Below, one piece after another: positions 1 through 11,968 of a stretch of 58,581 nt of DNA; the stretch's first letter is position 1, and every line of letters begins with the position of its first letter. The translations under genes were made by a program, and so were the position numbers. Under the pieces are notes generated by a model that saw only the letters and a list, made by a program, of their open reading frames with translations, had not been told where the DNA came from and did no database searches. The stretch is from Nemertoderma westbladi (lineage: Eukaryota > Animalia > Xenacoelomorpha): the NCBI GenBank assembly GCA_032718475.1, contig JAUCBJ010008588.1, positions 1 to 58,581 of the forward strand, given 5' to 3'.

Positions 1-2889
1 GGAGTGACAGGTTCGCCGTTGGTGTCCTCGTCTGAGGCAATTATAACACAACCGCTTATCCCACATGACTTCCCGTCTCTCTTTTAATGATTTCTTTAAG
101 AATTCATCGCACATATTCAAGCAGTGGGGCCCGTCGCACAGCACACATTTGGGTTTGATGTTACTTACTTTAACCTGTGCTGTGTGGTGCACACTTATTC
201 TTTCTTCGGGCTTTCTCACCTGAATTCTCTTGGGAGACGTAGGAGGAGTTTTTCTTACCTGTTCTCTCCTGTCATTGGTTCGAGACTTGAATTTACTTAC
301 CTGGTCTTTAGGCGTTTTATTGACATAATTAGATCTTTTAGTGTCTTTCCCGCTATCCTCTCCTTGAGAAGTCTGGCTTTCGCCGTCGTCTGTATAACAC
401 ACTGGTGTTACCCTTCTCCTAGAAACGGGTTTCTCACTTACCTTGTTTTCCAGTGTCTTCTCTCTGGACTGCCTTAGGAGCTGTAATTTCACTTCTCCAT
501 CTAGGAATGACATGAGATCAGCCATGGTAGGGTCTCGTCGTTGTTGTTCCATCATATATAACACTTTCTTATCCCAGCGTGTACCTACTCCACCCTTCGG
601 TAAAGTAGAAGCCACTGCTCTAATAACCATAGCACTCTGATACTCATGAGACTTACCTAGCCAATCTAATTGTCTGCAGATCTCCTGAATTTCATCGGAA
701 AACTCTATAATCCCGCTGCTAATAAACTTTCGGGGCGCTACCAACTTTGCATACAAATACCCAGCTATGTTATTCCTATTACCATACCTGATGTTTAGTG
801 TATCCCAAACTTGTCTTAATCCGTCTGGATGTCCAATAAACCTTAACGCCATTAACTTGGGAGATCCTTCCAAGCACTCGATGAGGAATCTAAGTTTCTC
901 TCCATTAGATAGTACAGAGTTCTGTATGTTATCTTTGTAATATTCATTAAAAGGTAACCATCCCATCTCATCTCCACTGAACTTGACGATCTCTCCCACC
1001 TTCACCGCTTGCCGGGCTTCGGTTCTAGCCATTTGACGCGTAAAACTTTCTTGGGCCATCGTGTTATTGAATAGAGAATTATCGGTATATAAGTTTCTCG
1101 GATTATTATCAAGTCTAGATGAGATATCATTATCAACAGGTTTATAATTACCCTTAATAGGGTTTACTATAGGAGTTTCTATTTCGCTAACAGTATAGAT
1201 GCGTGTAGGCTCCACACCTTGCGCATGGGATACTTCAGACCTAACGGGTTGACACATTGTTACAGGGGGTGGTGGTATACCCTTTTGTGTGTTCACTAAT
1301 TTATCGCGTTCTAGCGCGATACTTTGCTGCACTTCTTGCAACTCTAGTCTACTTTCCCTTACTGTGCCCTTGAATTGCTGAACAGTCTCCTGCATCTGCC
1401 CGAGCAGGAGATCCATCCCGCGCCGTCTCTCGTCCACCCATTCGACCGCAGAAGCGGGAGTCGCCAACGTTGTAGCGGGCGGACGAGGGACAACGGGCGA
1501 CAAATCAGGAATATTTCGCTCGGGGTCCAGGACCTGAACTGTCTCTTGGGCAGTTCTACGGGGCACAGGTAGCTTAGTGCTATGCAGAGGGAATTTAGAG
1601 GTAGTTTCAGGGAGCACAGGTGTGTCTATCACCGAAGGGGTGATTTCAAGAACAGGCCTAATTATTTCAGGCTCATCTACTATAGTAGGGAGTCTTTCTA
1701 TTTTAATTATTTGGTCTGTGGGCTCTGTACTACCTAAGTTGGTGTTATTTAGTTGCCTTCTAACAGCTGGAGGCAAATCAGGCAATTTCTGACGGTGGAA
1801 TGTTCTTTTACATCTGCTTAGACGAGATCTATTTCCTTTGCCTTCAGTATCGGTGGTATCGCCTTCCTCAGATGATGTATATCCCTGTCTTTTGGGAGTA
1901 GATCGATTCATCATCTGCATGTTACTAGCTGTTAACTGTTTATTTATGCAGTCTTGATTCTCCTGAATGTTTTCCAATTCTAATTGGGTGGTTTCTTCGG
2001 AAGCTCTCCGTTCTGCTTCTGCTACTGCCTCGGCCGCTGTTACAGCCGCCTTTCTTTCTGCTTTGGCCGCTGCCGCTGCCACTTTTCTTTCGGCTTCTGC
2101 CTCTGCCTCTGCCGCCTTTCTTTTGGCTTCTGCCTCTGCCTCTGCCGCTGCCACTGCCGCTTTTCTTTCTGCTTCTGCCGCTGCCACTGCTGCTGCCACT
2201 GCCGCTGTCTTTCTGTCTTCTATACGTTTTTTCTTGACTTGCTCCTCCTGGACTCGTGTGATGCGGAGTTGTTCATCAAATTTAGCCTGGTTCGCAGCTA
2301 ACATTTCCGCATCGATGGCATCCAACACAAGCCTGGTTCCTTCACTATTAGGGCTAAGCCCCTCCAGCCTTCTCCTCAACTCTTCATCTCCTACAAAGCG
2401 TTGATAGTCTGACAGATAGATGTCAATAGCATCCCTCTTATGCGGTTTCTCTGCTGTCACTTCGCTTTCTTCTTGAGAAGAAGTGGCGTCGGTTGATTCT
2501 TCATAGGTTGGCCGCTCATCATAAACCTTATCCGCCATCTTCGCTCCGCGTTCGGGCGTCCGTTCAACAGTATCCGAACTACTGGAGCTATCGGGCCGTT
2601 GAGAAGTAAGTTCTTGGCTCGCGGGTTGTTGAGGTTCCGCTGCTTCTTGGTCCCGCTTGACCTGAGCTCGAGTGCCTATGATAGACCTACGATGTTGGAC
2701 TAGCCTAGGGTCTGATACTACTACTTGAGGGATGATCTTTCGCACAGTAGGAGGGGACTTAGACTTTGGTCTGGGATGTTCCATACTTTGATCTTGGTCA
2801 CAGATCCTTTTAAGACGCTGTCTAAGTCTAATACTCATTCTAACACCCTCTAAGAGACTATCTGACAATGTTTGTTGTGAGTCAGACAT
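1..2889 (-). CDS. BEL/Pao LTR-retrotransposon gag(-pol) polyprotein, N-terminal ~963 aa, open to the window edge
   Basis: Manual translation from ATG 2889 (MSDSQQTLSD...) is open to base 1. It contains an Ala/Glu/Lys coiled coil, a BEL-gag DUF1759-like segment (FSGDEMGWLPFNEYYKDNIQNSVLSNGEKLRFLIECLEG) and zinc knuckles CVLCDGPHCLNMC and CYNCLRRGHQRRTC. Confidence 0.9.
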   Translation of the reverse strand, partial: MSDSQQTLSDSLLEGVRMSIRLRQRLKRICDQDQSMEHPRPKSKSPPTVRKIIPQVVVSDPRLVQHRRSIIGTRAQVKRDQEAAEPQQPASQELTSQRPDSSSSSDTVERTPERGAKMADKVYDERPTYEESTDATSSQEESEVTAEKPHKRDAIDIYLSDYQRFVGDEELRRRLEGLSPNSEGTRLVLDAIDAEMLAANQAKFDEQLRITRVQEEQVKKKRIEDRKTAAVAAAVAAAEAERKAAVAAAEAEAEAKRKAAEAEAEAERKVAAAAAKAERKAAVTAAEAVAEAERRASEETTQLELENIQENQDCINKQLTASNMQMMNRSTPKRQGYTSSEEGDTTDTEGKGNRSRLSRCKRTFHRQKLPDLPPAVRRQLNNTNLGSTEPTDQIIKIERLPTIVDEPEIIRPVLEITPSVIDTPVLPETTSKFPLHSTKLPVPRRTAQETVQVLDPERNIPDLSPVVPRPPATTLATPASAVEWVDERRRGMDLLLGQMQETVQQFKGTVRESRLELQEVQQSIALERDKLVNTQKGIPPPPVTMCQPVRSEVSHAQGVEPTRIYTVSEIETPIVNPIKGNYKPVDNDISSRLDNNPRNLYTDNSLFNNTMAQESFTRQMARTEARQAVKVGEIVKFSGDEMGWLPFNEYYKDNIQNSVLSNGEKLRFLIECLEGSPKLMALRFIGHPDGLRQVWDTLNIRYGNRNNIAGYLYAKLVAPRKFISSGIIEFSDEIQEICRQLDWLGKSHEYQSAMVIRAVASTLPKGGVGTRWDKKVLYMMEQQRRDPTMADLMSFLDGEVKLQLLRQSREKTLENKVSEKPVSRRRVTPVCYTDDGESQTSQGEDSGKDTKRSNYVNKTPKDQVSKFKSRTNDRREQVRKTPPTSPKRIQVRKPEERISVHHTAQVKVSNIKPKCVLCDGPHCLNMCDEFLKKSLKERREVMWDKRLCYNCLRRGHQRRTCHS

Positions 2890-4210
2890 GTTTGGTTGTA
2901 CAGTTGAATGCCTACTGCTATATTACAGTCCAAGCAAGTCTAGTAATTCAGTATTAACTGCTAGCCTAGTAATTAATTACCGATACTGCTACCCAGTGTA
3001 GCGTGATATATATAATATTAGAATACCGGTATGCTTATGGTATATATAAGTATTATTACAGACTAGGTTTTTCACAGAAACCGGTATATAATTTTAGCAC
3101 AAATATATATAAATATATAATAGGCCTATCGTGGATACCGGTATGCAGTTTACACTTATAGTGTATATATATAAGTATAATTACAGACTAGAATTAATTA
3201 CAGAATACCGGTATGATTTCAACCTAAAATTTATAGAAATAAATATAATAAGCCTATTGTAAATACCGGTATGTCAATTATTTTAGAATAATTGAATTTC
3301 TGAATTTTAAGGGTTACTTGGTTACTTTAACTTACTTTATTACCGTTATTTAAGCAGTAGTCCAACTGATATTGAGACCTAATTGTTGTATGGCAGGCCT
3401 ACTATTTATAAATCGTTAGATTTGATTTATAATATATATATACCCGTTTTAATGGGTTTGTCAATGTTTGAAATAAATGTTATTATTTCTGGGGAGTAAT
3501 CACTACACAAAGCGGTGCGCTTTCAGTGAAGTGTTACTTATAGGACACTAAAACAAATAATTCTAATTTACCTAAGTTACTTAATACTACAAATTACGTA
3601 CAATTCGGGTGAGATTACAATCTCTAAATAAACACAAAAATTTACAAAAAACACAAAATACGAATTTTTAGGGTAATTTTACAAGAAGTCTACAAACCAG
3701 CCTAACAAAGGGTTAGAATTCTGGTTATTACAACGGACAGGGTACTGCGGTATTTGAAAATAATACGTAGTAGTAAATACACTGCGTTGTCCAGATAGGA
3801 AAATACCACCGCCTGACGACCTATAGCCGTATCGCTATAGGTACTACGTTATGTATCACGGAGTGTCCCTACCTAGAAGTTAATAGAGCTAATCGAACGT
3901 GCCTATCAACCACTTTACAACACAAATATAATGCCTACACTAATTACTTTCGGAAAGCACTGTACACTAAACCCTAAATTAGGTACGAGTACTTGTACAA
4001 CATATAATCAGTAGTTAAATATACTTGAACAGTTAAAAGAACCACGGCATCTGCTGGAGTGACCGGTGCACAAAATCACCAGTCTTTACCTACGCCAAGC
4101 AGCCCGTGTAGTACCGGGGTTAATTTAACTATAGCGGTATGTATAACAAACACAATTACTGTAGGAACAAACTTGGGGAATGAATGTTGCGGATAATCGC
4201 ATAAACTCTG

Positions 4211-4786
4211 AATAATAAATATTACGCTACGCGTACAAACCACTCAAACAAAATGCAGACCAAACGCTGACAGACTACTATCAAGCCTAAATAAACTACA
4301 GGACATGCAGACTCCGAAATGATTAGGTAGTATGCGTTCTAACCCAGTAGTACGACTTATTCTTTAGTTGGGGGTTTACCTTACAGCATTCGCTGCCCCT
4401 ACTTCCTAACCGTTCTTTATCGGACAAGTGATCTACACACGCTGCAATCCGTTCAGACCTAACCACAGCCAGACAACTATCCAGCCTACAAATTATCTAA
4501 ATAAATATTATACGCTACCCGTACAGACTTACACAAACAAAGTACAGACTAAACGATGGCAGACTACTCTCAAGCCTAAATAAACTACAGGACATGCAGA
4601 CTCCGAAATGATTAGGTAGCATGCGTTCTAACTCAGTAGTACGACTTATTCTTTAGTTGGGGGTTTACCTTACAGTATTGGCTGCCCCTACTTCCTAACC
4701 GTTCTTTATCGGACAGGTGATCTACACACACTGCAATCCGTTCAGACTTAACAGCAATCAGACAACTATCCAGCCTACAAATTGTC
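4211..4786. repeat. Two-copy ~289-bp direct repeat in the retrotransposon leader
   Basis: The block aagcctaaataaactacaggacatgcagactccgaaatg...cagcctacaaatt occurs at 4283 and again at 4572. Confidence 0.9.
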
Positions 4787-4964
4787 TGTACAATCTGATC
4801 AGGCTTACACGCCTTCTGTTCAATACTGGCCTACAAACAAATAAAACTTGACAGAAATAAGTAAAAATCTCAATAAAAAACCAGGGCGGCCGTTCCCTGA
4901 TTAAGTACTAAGACCTACCGGTATATAATTATCAAATTCGAATAATACTAATGTACTTATACTG

Positions 4965-5112
4965 GAAGTACCGGTTAGGACAGTTGGGCCTACGGACCTA
5001 CAGAAGTACCGGTTCTGGCAGTTGGACCTACGGACCTACAGCAGTACCGGTTCTGGCAGTTGGGCCTACTGACCTACAGAAGTACCGGTTCAGGTTTACC
5101 GGTCAACCGGTA
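4965..5112. repeat. Short ~39-bp tandem repeat (agtaccggttctggcagttggrcctacggacctacag) in the retrotransposon leader
   Basis: About 3.5 visible copies, each carrying an ACCGGT palindrome. Similar ataccggtat motifs recur at 3020-3275. Confidence 0.75.
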
Positions 5113-6408
5113 CTTTCAACTTTATTGCTTACTGCAATAAAGAAGCTATATCCGTTATTGTTCGCGCTTTCAGACCTTTGGCAGTTTAACCCGCCAAATT
5201 AGGATGTCTTCTAGATAATAAATCGCTTTAGCCTCTAACAAGTATTTGATTCACTACACTAGTTGAAACCAATCTGTGCGCGATCATTCACCCGTTGGAT
5301 ATACCCGGGAGATTGATTTCGACAGCTTAATCGTATTGCTATGTAAGCCTAATGTATTATTCGACTGACAGTATTATAATCTCTGACAATATTATTCACC
5401 TTCGGGGAATATTAACAGTTCCTTTAGGACGTGGCGCTCTATCTATATAAACAGAGTTATGACTTAAACTACACGCAACGATATGGCTTAGTTACAATTC
5501 ACATATATGGCGCATTCTTTAGGAAATGCTTCGTTATCAGTCTCACTCATTCACAACGCTGCACAATACTGCACACTAATCTGCCGATCTTCATTGATTT
5601 TAGTCACATATAAAAGGAACACAGACCGACTCATGTAGGGTCTATCGAATAACATTAGATTCACTTCAAACCACTTTAACATAAGTCGCAATCGTTATAT
5701 ATAACCTGTCTCTCTTACCTTCGGTATATCAAGAATATTGGGTTTTCGGGGTTATTTCTTGTTATTCCAAATATAATAATTCATCAACCATATTATGAAG
5801 AACCGACAGTAAATAGCAGTATAACAATATAAAAGTATGCAGGTTGTTTGATTAGGTATGGTATGTTATGTTGTGATAAATGCAGATAACGGATATATGT
5901 CCTTATAATTAAGCCTACTAGTGTAGGGCTAAAGCCGTTCTTCCTGGCTTAGAATCACCAACAACACTAAAAACTGATAAGAATAACTATAAGAATACCA
6001 GCTACCCTTATTCTACAAAGATCTCACCCACCACAGAGAATGAGCATACAGATAGGAAATTCAGTTCAGTAGATCTGTGATAGGTCAAAATCAAAACCAA
6101 CTCAAATCCTATTGGCAGATACAGAAAGCAGGGCTATGGGGCAACGTGGCAATATCAGCCGTTAGCCGTCGTCATGGTAGCGACACTGTTTTCAAGAGTA
6201 TCGAGCTTTTTACGTCACGAAATTGCAGATTATGTCCTCTAAAGTACAAATACAGAAGAAATGGCTTTTATGTCCTCCAAAACACCAGTACAGCAAGGAC
6301 ACGGCCTTTTTATGCCTGGTAAACCAACCACAGAGTACTTTACGGGGATAATAACCGGCTAATTACGCAAAAGCTTTTACACCACACTCAGTTATAAGTC
6401 CATTTTAG

Positions 6409-6571
6409 TGGCCGAGGTGAGGCAGTTCGTGGTGAGCCGGTACAGAACTTCACCGATCCCGATCGGCCGGACGCCGGGCTCCTTGTCGATAGCGACGAGG
6501 CGGCACGCTCGGAGCACCCGGATTTCCCCCGGATTATTATTATTATATATATATTATATATTATTATATTA
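6409..6571 (+). CDS. RGS22: Candidate additional RGS22-like exon
   Basis: A GC-rich island follows ttttag (6408). One frame is open (GRGEAVRGEPVQNF...DFPRIIII..YIIIL) up to gtaaaa at 6572, in phase 0 with exon 6638. No clear homology was recognised. Confidence 0.3.
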
Positions 6572-6637
6572 GTAAAATATATATATATTTATATTTATAT
6601 ATTTATTTATATATAAGTATTAATTTTGGGTTTTTAG

Positions 6638-7000
6638 TGTTTGAACCAAGAGCAAGGTATACAATGGATTAAAGCGGAGAGATTAACTCATTTCCTAAAC
6701 AGTGATTGTTACGCGGAGTACAGGTTGGCTAAACTATTACAACAATCAGATATCCATCGTAATGGTAGAACGCCATCTGCCGTCAGAATTGATAAAACTC
6801 AACCGCCTCCACAAGTATTGATTAAATCCGCTAAGCGGCGTCCAACATCCGGAGAATATAATAGCTTATTGGTTGACAGGGAGTCGACCAAGGTTGCCAG
6901 AGAGCAGGCCTACAAAGAGATCGCTAAAGGCCCTTATAAGGACGTGTATGTGTCCTTTGGTAACACTGGCTCTACTGCTGCAAAGCAATGGTATGCCCAG
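6638..7000 (+). CDS. RGS22: RGS22-like exon (CLNQEQGIQWIKAERL...KQWYAQ)
   Basis: tttttag acceptor, CAG|gtaaga donor, conserved RGS22 N-terminal motif, phase 0-0. Confidence 0.9.
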
Positions 7001-7327
7001 GTAAGATATCGTCCCATTTCATAACAATGGTTTCCTTTTATTTATCGTAATGAATAAAGTACAATAGCTGCCAATCAGGGAGGTCACTTCGTCTTGTTAT
7101 AAATTTAACTGTAACCTGTGCTATTGTCTCTCGTTTATTGATTTGGCTAGAAAAACGTGATACTGTAACCTGTTACTTTCTATTTGGACTTTCGTCCCTT
7201 TCGGGCCTGCACCTAATCTAAGAAGCCACCTACTTCTCCGACTTTTACGTTGCATGTTATGTAGACGTAGAGGGCCTTGTACTTCACATAACAGACATAA
7301 ATTATTCTACAATTCTACCTGCTTTAG

Positions 7328-7487
7328 GTCCAGATGGAGGCCGTTGTGACAGAGTCGCCGTCGCAGTACGGAGTTGAGTCGGTAGAGGGCGCTCTACGAC
7401 GTCCCCACAGCGCTAGAGTAGGTCTGACCACCTCACCCAGACTGTCTACCAGACCCGATTCAGGGGTCTATACAGGCTACGATTCGG
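7328..7487 (+). CDS. RGS22: RGS22-like exon (VQMEAVV...GYDS)
   Basis: ctttag acceptor, gtaggt donor, open frame, phase 0-1. Confidence 0.75.
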
Positions 7488-8139
7488 GTAGGTAAATCGT
7501 AAAAATATACGTTAAATAATAAATGTTAATGTTTAATTACTGCGGTTGTCATGTGATATTGATCATTGGAGATTTATACTTTTGATATTGATAAATATTT
7601 TGTCTCAAATATTACTACTTATTAATATTATTATACACAATCTTCCTTAATACAACAACCATTTTTAGCGTCCCCCCCCCCCAAATTTTTTTCAGCTACG
7701 AAATTTGGTATGATGATAATTTTTCTTACTGCTGGCCCGGTCGGATTTTTCAATTTATAAGTTATTTCGATAAAACAGTCAACAAGCCGTTAAAAATCGT
7801 CTATTTTCGCAATATTTAGCCACCTCCGTCGGCTTTATTTTTCGTCTTTGGAATGTAATCTGGATATCATTGGAATAACCGACTTCATTTGCAGATTCCG
7901 AATCGAAAAACGTTTTAAATTTAACCAATAACTTCCGGAGATATTATCTAAATTCAAAGATATACATTTTAACACGTAAATCGATATAATTCTGACTTTT
8001 TTTTTTACTAAATTCTAGTATATTGATTACGTATAATGAAGAAACAATATGTAGAGTTTTAAACGCTCATCTAAATAATAATTAATATTCTAGAATAAAG
8101 ACAAAAAAACATTAGAATTATAGCAAAATTTACACATTA

Positions 8140-9960
8140 CACCATGTCCTGGAATATAGTGTCGTTATTCAGGTACCTGCCCAACCCCCCCCCCCCCAAA
8201 AAAAAAATTTTTTCTTCAAATCTTAATCAAGACCCACCACAATTTATTTCCCATATTACGTGCTTTTTGCACCAAATATTATATTTCACACTACAGTAAA
8301 TTATACATTTTTGCACTAGTTATTAAGTTCTCGACTACCGCTTCCACGGAAGAGTTCATTGTGTAAAACTATTATATTGTTAAACAGGGGATCAATCTTC
8401 CAGGTGTTCTTCATAAAAACTGAGTTAAAGTCAATATAGTTTTAATTGTTTCTTCTTTACATTTTGTTATAAAATACTCGATAAACCCTAATTGTGGATT
8501 TTCAACATTGTCCTGATCATAACTTCCAGACCCGTTAGCTTTTACGCTAGATTCCTCAGACACTATTTAAATAAAATTTCTCTAAAAGACTCTAAGGAAT
8601 GTGCAGCAAAGGACTCTTTGACGCATGCAGCATTACCGACCTGGATACAAACCCTAAACGTTGACGGAGGTGTTCAATCGATTTTTTGTTGCCAGATACC
8701 TTCTGTATACGGTGCCCTAGCTCACGGAGGAATGCTATAGTAGAGGTACCAAGACCGCCCAGTGATTCGACAGCTACAGGTTGAATTATATAATTACGTG
8801 AGAGTTCGCTATATTTCATTAGTTTCATATCTTCAGCCATGTCTGCTACAGTAGGACCATCTAGGAGTGCTGTTTGGGAGTAAGAGAGAGCCTGGCGGTG
8901 GACGCAGGTAAAGTCCCAAACAAGAGGCTTGTCTCTCACCCATGGGAGCAATGTGGCCCCGTCCGGCCTCTTACCATCACTTCTACACATTCCAACAGGT
9001 TCTAAGGTGCTAGAAATCTCTGCAGACGCAAGTGCCCGATGAATTGCATCATTCCCGAGCCTGTGACGTTGATGGCGGCTCTTAATGTGGTTGCTGCAGG
9101 TGAAAGCATGTAGAGCTGATGAGTCTACGGCAGCGCCACACACGCAAGGGTGTGGGATACAAACTTGTGCGCCCAGCCGAAGAGCAACAGCGATTCCAAA
9201 ATCTTCATTAGATACTTTCAGGCCAAGGGAGGAAGATGGCAAGGTGTTGAGCCAGTCCCCAGATCCTTGGACCTTGCAAGCTCTCAGGCGTGCAGCTGAT
9301 GTTTTGTCTGATACTTCCAGGAGCGAGGCAAACCGTGAAACTGTTATTGGTTCCGACCAGTTTCTCTGTCTCTTTGGATCTTCTGGAGTATTCGCCTCTG
9401 GGATCATGCTTTTCCAACTGTCTATGGCTTCTCCATGGCGTTTGTTCTCACTAGGAGAGTGATAAATCTCTTTAATTAACGATTCATTCTTATGCAATGA
9501 TGAGAGGTATGCAAATGACGCAATATCTGTCACAGAAGGGATTCCGAGGCCACCGTGTCGACAAGGAAGGATTGCATGCTCCAAGGTTTCAGTTTCCAGT
9601 TTAACGTTCGTTATCTCTTCTAGAGACTCCCTTATATTGTTATCGATCTTGCTAAGTAGATGGGGTTCGTTGAAAGTTGGTGATGAACGGAGCATGTATG
9701 TAAGTTTAGTTTTTCAATGCAATCTTAATTAGATTGCATGAAATTTGAAACAGAGTCAGTTTCACCTCCCTCCTCCTTCCTGGGTGAACCAGAATTGTTA
9801 TTTTCGCTTTATTCTTTAGCTACAAATGTTATTTCACAGGTCACAGTGCAATCATTCTTCAACCTTATAGTGATTTGATGGTACCAATAGAAAGCTGCCC
9901 AGCCCATGCAAGGATTCCAAATATGTAAAAATATTTGAATTTGGTTGGGAATTTCGGAAA
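8140..9960. mobile_element. Non-autonomous repeat family copy 1, split by a LINE insertion
   Basis: 8140-8227 (accatgtcctggaatatagtgtcgt...polyC...aatcttaat) and 9721-9960 together match the contiguous copy at 39940-40255. Confidence 0.75.
8592..9720 (-). pseudogene. 5'-truncated CRE-like non-LTR retrotransposon: RT C-terminus plus restriction-like endonuclease
   Basis: Motifs LPCRHGGLGI, WLNTLPSSSLGL, CVCG..D....H...C zinc finger, RH, DGKRPDG, LVWDFTC and PVAVESLG are present. There is a frameshift near 8650; the expected IQVGNAACV continues in another frame. Confidence 0.85.
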
Positions 9961-10286
9961 ATGATGAGCAGGTTTCAGAAGCATGCCTTTATAACCAAAA
10001 CAATAAATGATAACAGTACAAGCACTGAAACAAGATGTACAGTAAAATGTGGGTGCCTTTAGTTGATCTTGTGACCGCCACTTTCATTACATACAGTACT
10101 ATCAGTAGGCCCTATATTAGTTACAAAATATTACCATAGATGGGGTCCATCTTTCCTACAACAACTACCTATTAGCTCTATAAAGAGCCAGTTTCGTAAT
10201 GAATATTATTATTAGTGTATATATATTAAAGTGACTCACTTTTAGTTTTAGATAAAACCTTTTGTATTCGGCAAGTGACTCATTGG

Positions 10287-11196
10287 CAAGGATGTTTTAC
10301 GTTACGTTACGTTACGGTATTACGTCACGTTACGGTTGAAAAACTGAACTTTTTACGTTACGATATTACATTACGGAATAATTTCCAAATTACGTTACGT
10401 TACTGTATTCCGAAAAAAATAATTGCGTATTACCGAAAATACCGTAACGTAATAACCGGTTCAGATTCCATAGGACCACAAAGAGATATTTAAAGTTTCA
10501 TCCTATTTTTGTCTGAAAATCGGAAAATTATAGTTTCAATGTTTTGAAATTGCAAATTAACTTAACAAAAAAATAACTTTAAATTGGTAGAACGGCTTGG
10601 CTTGTGTTGTAATAGGTTGTCATAAATAAGACATACAGGTAGCCGCTAGCCCTGTAGGTAGGCCTACCATATGTAACCTACTGACCTGTCCTGTAAATCT
10701 ATGATCTATACCATTACAGCATACTGCGTTATTATAGGCTACAGCTAGGATAGAGCAGAGACTCAGTATAAATAGTTCAGTCAGTAACCCTAGTTAGCTT
10801 AACATTAATTAAAACGTAATGTTTAATTAAAACTTAATTTAACTATTAATTAATTATTAATTAAAACTTCATCATAAATAACTGTTGAAGCCAGGAAGCT
10901 GGCTATAAGGATACCGTGTACAGACAAAAAAAACCTAAAAGCATTTAGCTTTATATTGAATAGCTAGAACGTTCAAGTGAAAGTTTTTTGTCGAAAGATT
11001 TACTTTTTTGTCCAAAATTATTGTTTGGTAGCTAAAAAAAATATTACGATATTACGTTACGGTTTACGGTAAAAATATACAGTAATATTACGTTACGGTA
11101 TTGAAAAAGCTATTACGTTACGGTTTACGTTACGGAAAAATATTGAGCTACGGTATTCCTGAAAAGATACCGTAACGTAACGTAATGACATCCTTG
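10287..11196. mobile_element. hAT-type MITE with 8-bp target site duplication (TSD)
   Basis: Terminal inverted repeats (TIRs) caaggatgt..ttacgttacgttacggt / accgtaacgtaacgtaa..acatccttg. The exact TSD CTCATTGG is at 10279-10286 and 11197-11204. Subterminal TTACG repeats are present. Confidence 0.9.
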
Positions 11197-11289
11197 CTCA
11201 TTGGGTGAATGACTGCACTGTACCCCGCCCCAATGAGACTGAAATTATTTCAATGACTGCTTACTATGTGGGATAATATATTGAATCTA

Positions 11290-11510
11290 TAACTGAAACT
11301 GTAAAAGAAATTTTATCGCGATCAAAACTGAAACTGAAACTGAAATGCTCAATTTTGTAATACTGAAACTGTAACTGTAACTGAAACGTTACACTTTGTA
11401 ATACTGAAACTGTAACTGTAACTGAAATGTTACACTTTGTAATACTGAAACTGTAACTGTAACTGAAATGCAAAACTTTGAATACTGAAACTGTAACTGT
11501 AACTGAAATT
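11290..11510. repeat. ~41-bp minisatellite (aatactgaaactgtaactgtaactgaaatgttacactttgt)
   Basis: About 4-5 degenerate copies are visible. Confidence 0.85.
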
Positions 11511-11521
11511 AGTTAGAATTG

Positions 11522-11968
11522 ATTCAGTTCTCAACACTACTAACTGCTGAGGATACCAAATCTCTGGATGGCACATTCACAAGAATGCTACGCCGGGTTC
11601 ATTGTGTCAAGTACAATGCACACATCTCCAACCAGACACTATATAACATTGGAGGTGTCTCATTGGTTCCCCCAAGCTTGACACTAGAACAAAATCGCCT
11701 CCGCTTTGCAGGACATTGCTTTCGCCGTGAGGACCAGCCAGTGCATAATCTTGTACTTTGGCAGCCTCATGGAGTGAATAAGCATGGTGGACAGCCCATG
11801 ACTTTCTTGAGACGCATCTTAAAGGACACTGGCCTTAAAGATGCGGATGATCTAGCAAATGTCATGGGTGATAGGGAGTTGTGGCGGTGCAATTTTGTTG
11901 ACAAGCCGGCACAGCATTCTTAAAAATGCAGCTGCAATGCAGCATGCCGATCCTAGTAGTAGTAGTAG
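11522..11968 (+). mobile_element. 5'-truncated RTE-like LINE 3' end
   Basis: The ORF has the RTE-type C-terminal signature (DGTFTRMLRR...ISNQTLY...RLRFAGHCFR...VLWQP...DRELWR), then a short UTR and a (TAG)5 tail at 11954-11968. Confidence 0.85.

Larger units (their letters stand above)
1..6381 (-). mobile_element. BEL/Pao LTR retrotransposon, 5' part (candidate LTR, long 5' leader, gag), antisense to the host gene
   Basis: The gag ORF is preceded by ~3.5 kb of non-coding leader with internal repeats. A candidate LTR start TGTAAAAGC lies at 6381 on the minus strand. The LTR inner boundary and PBS could not be resolved, so the right boundary is tentative. Confidence 0.6.

Noticed and set aside
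124-2404. + strand ORFs, including the Ala-rich 1967-2404 and Cys-rich 1984-2301
   Set aside because: Antisense shadows of the BEL gag ORF.
4800-6381. tRNA primer-binding site and inner LTR boundary
   Set aside because: I found no convincing CA-TGG junction complementary to a tRNA 3' end that I could recognise, so it is not reported.
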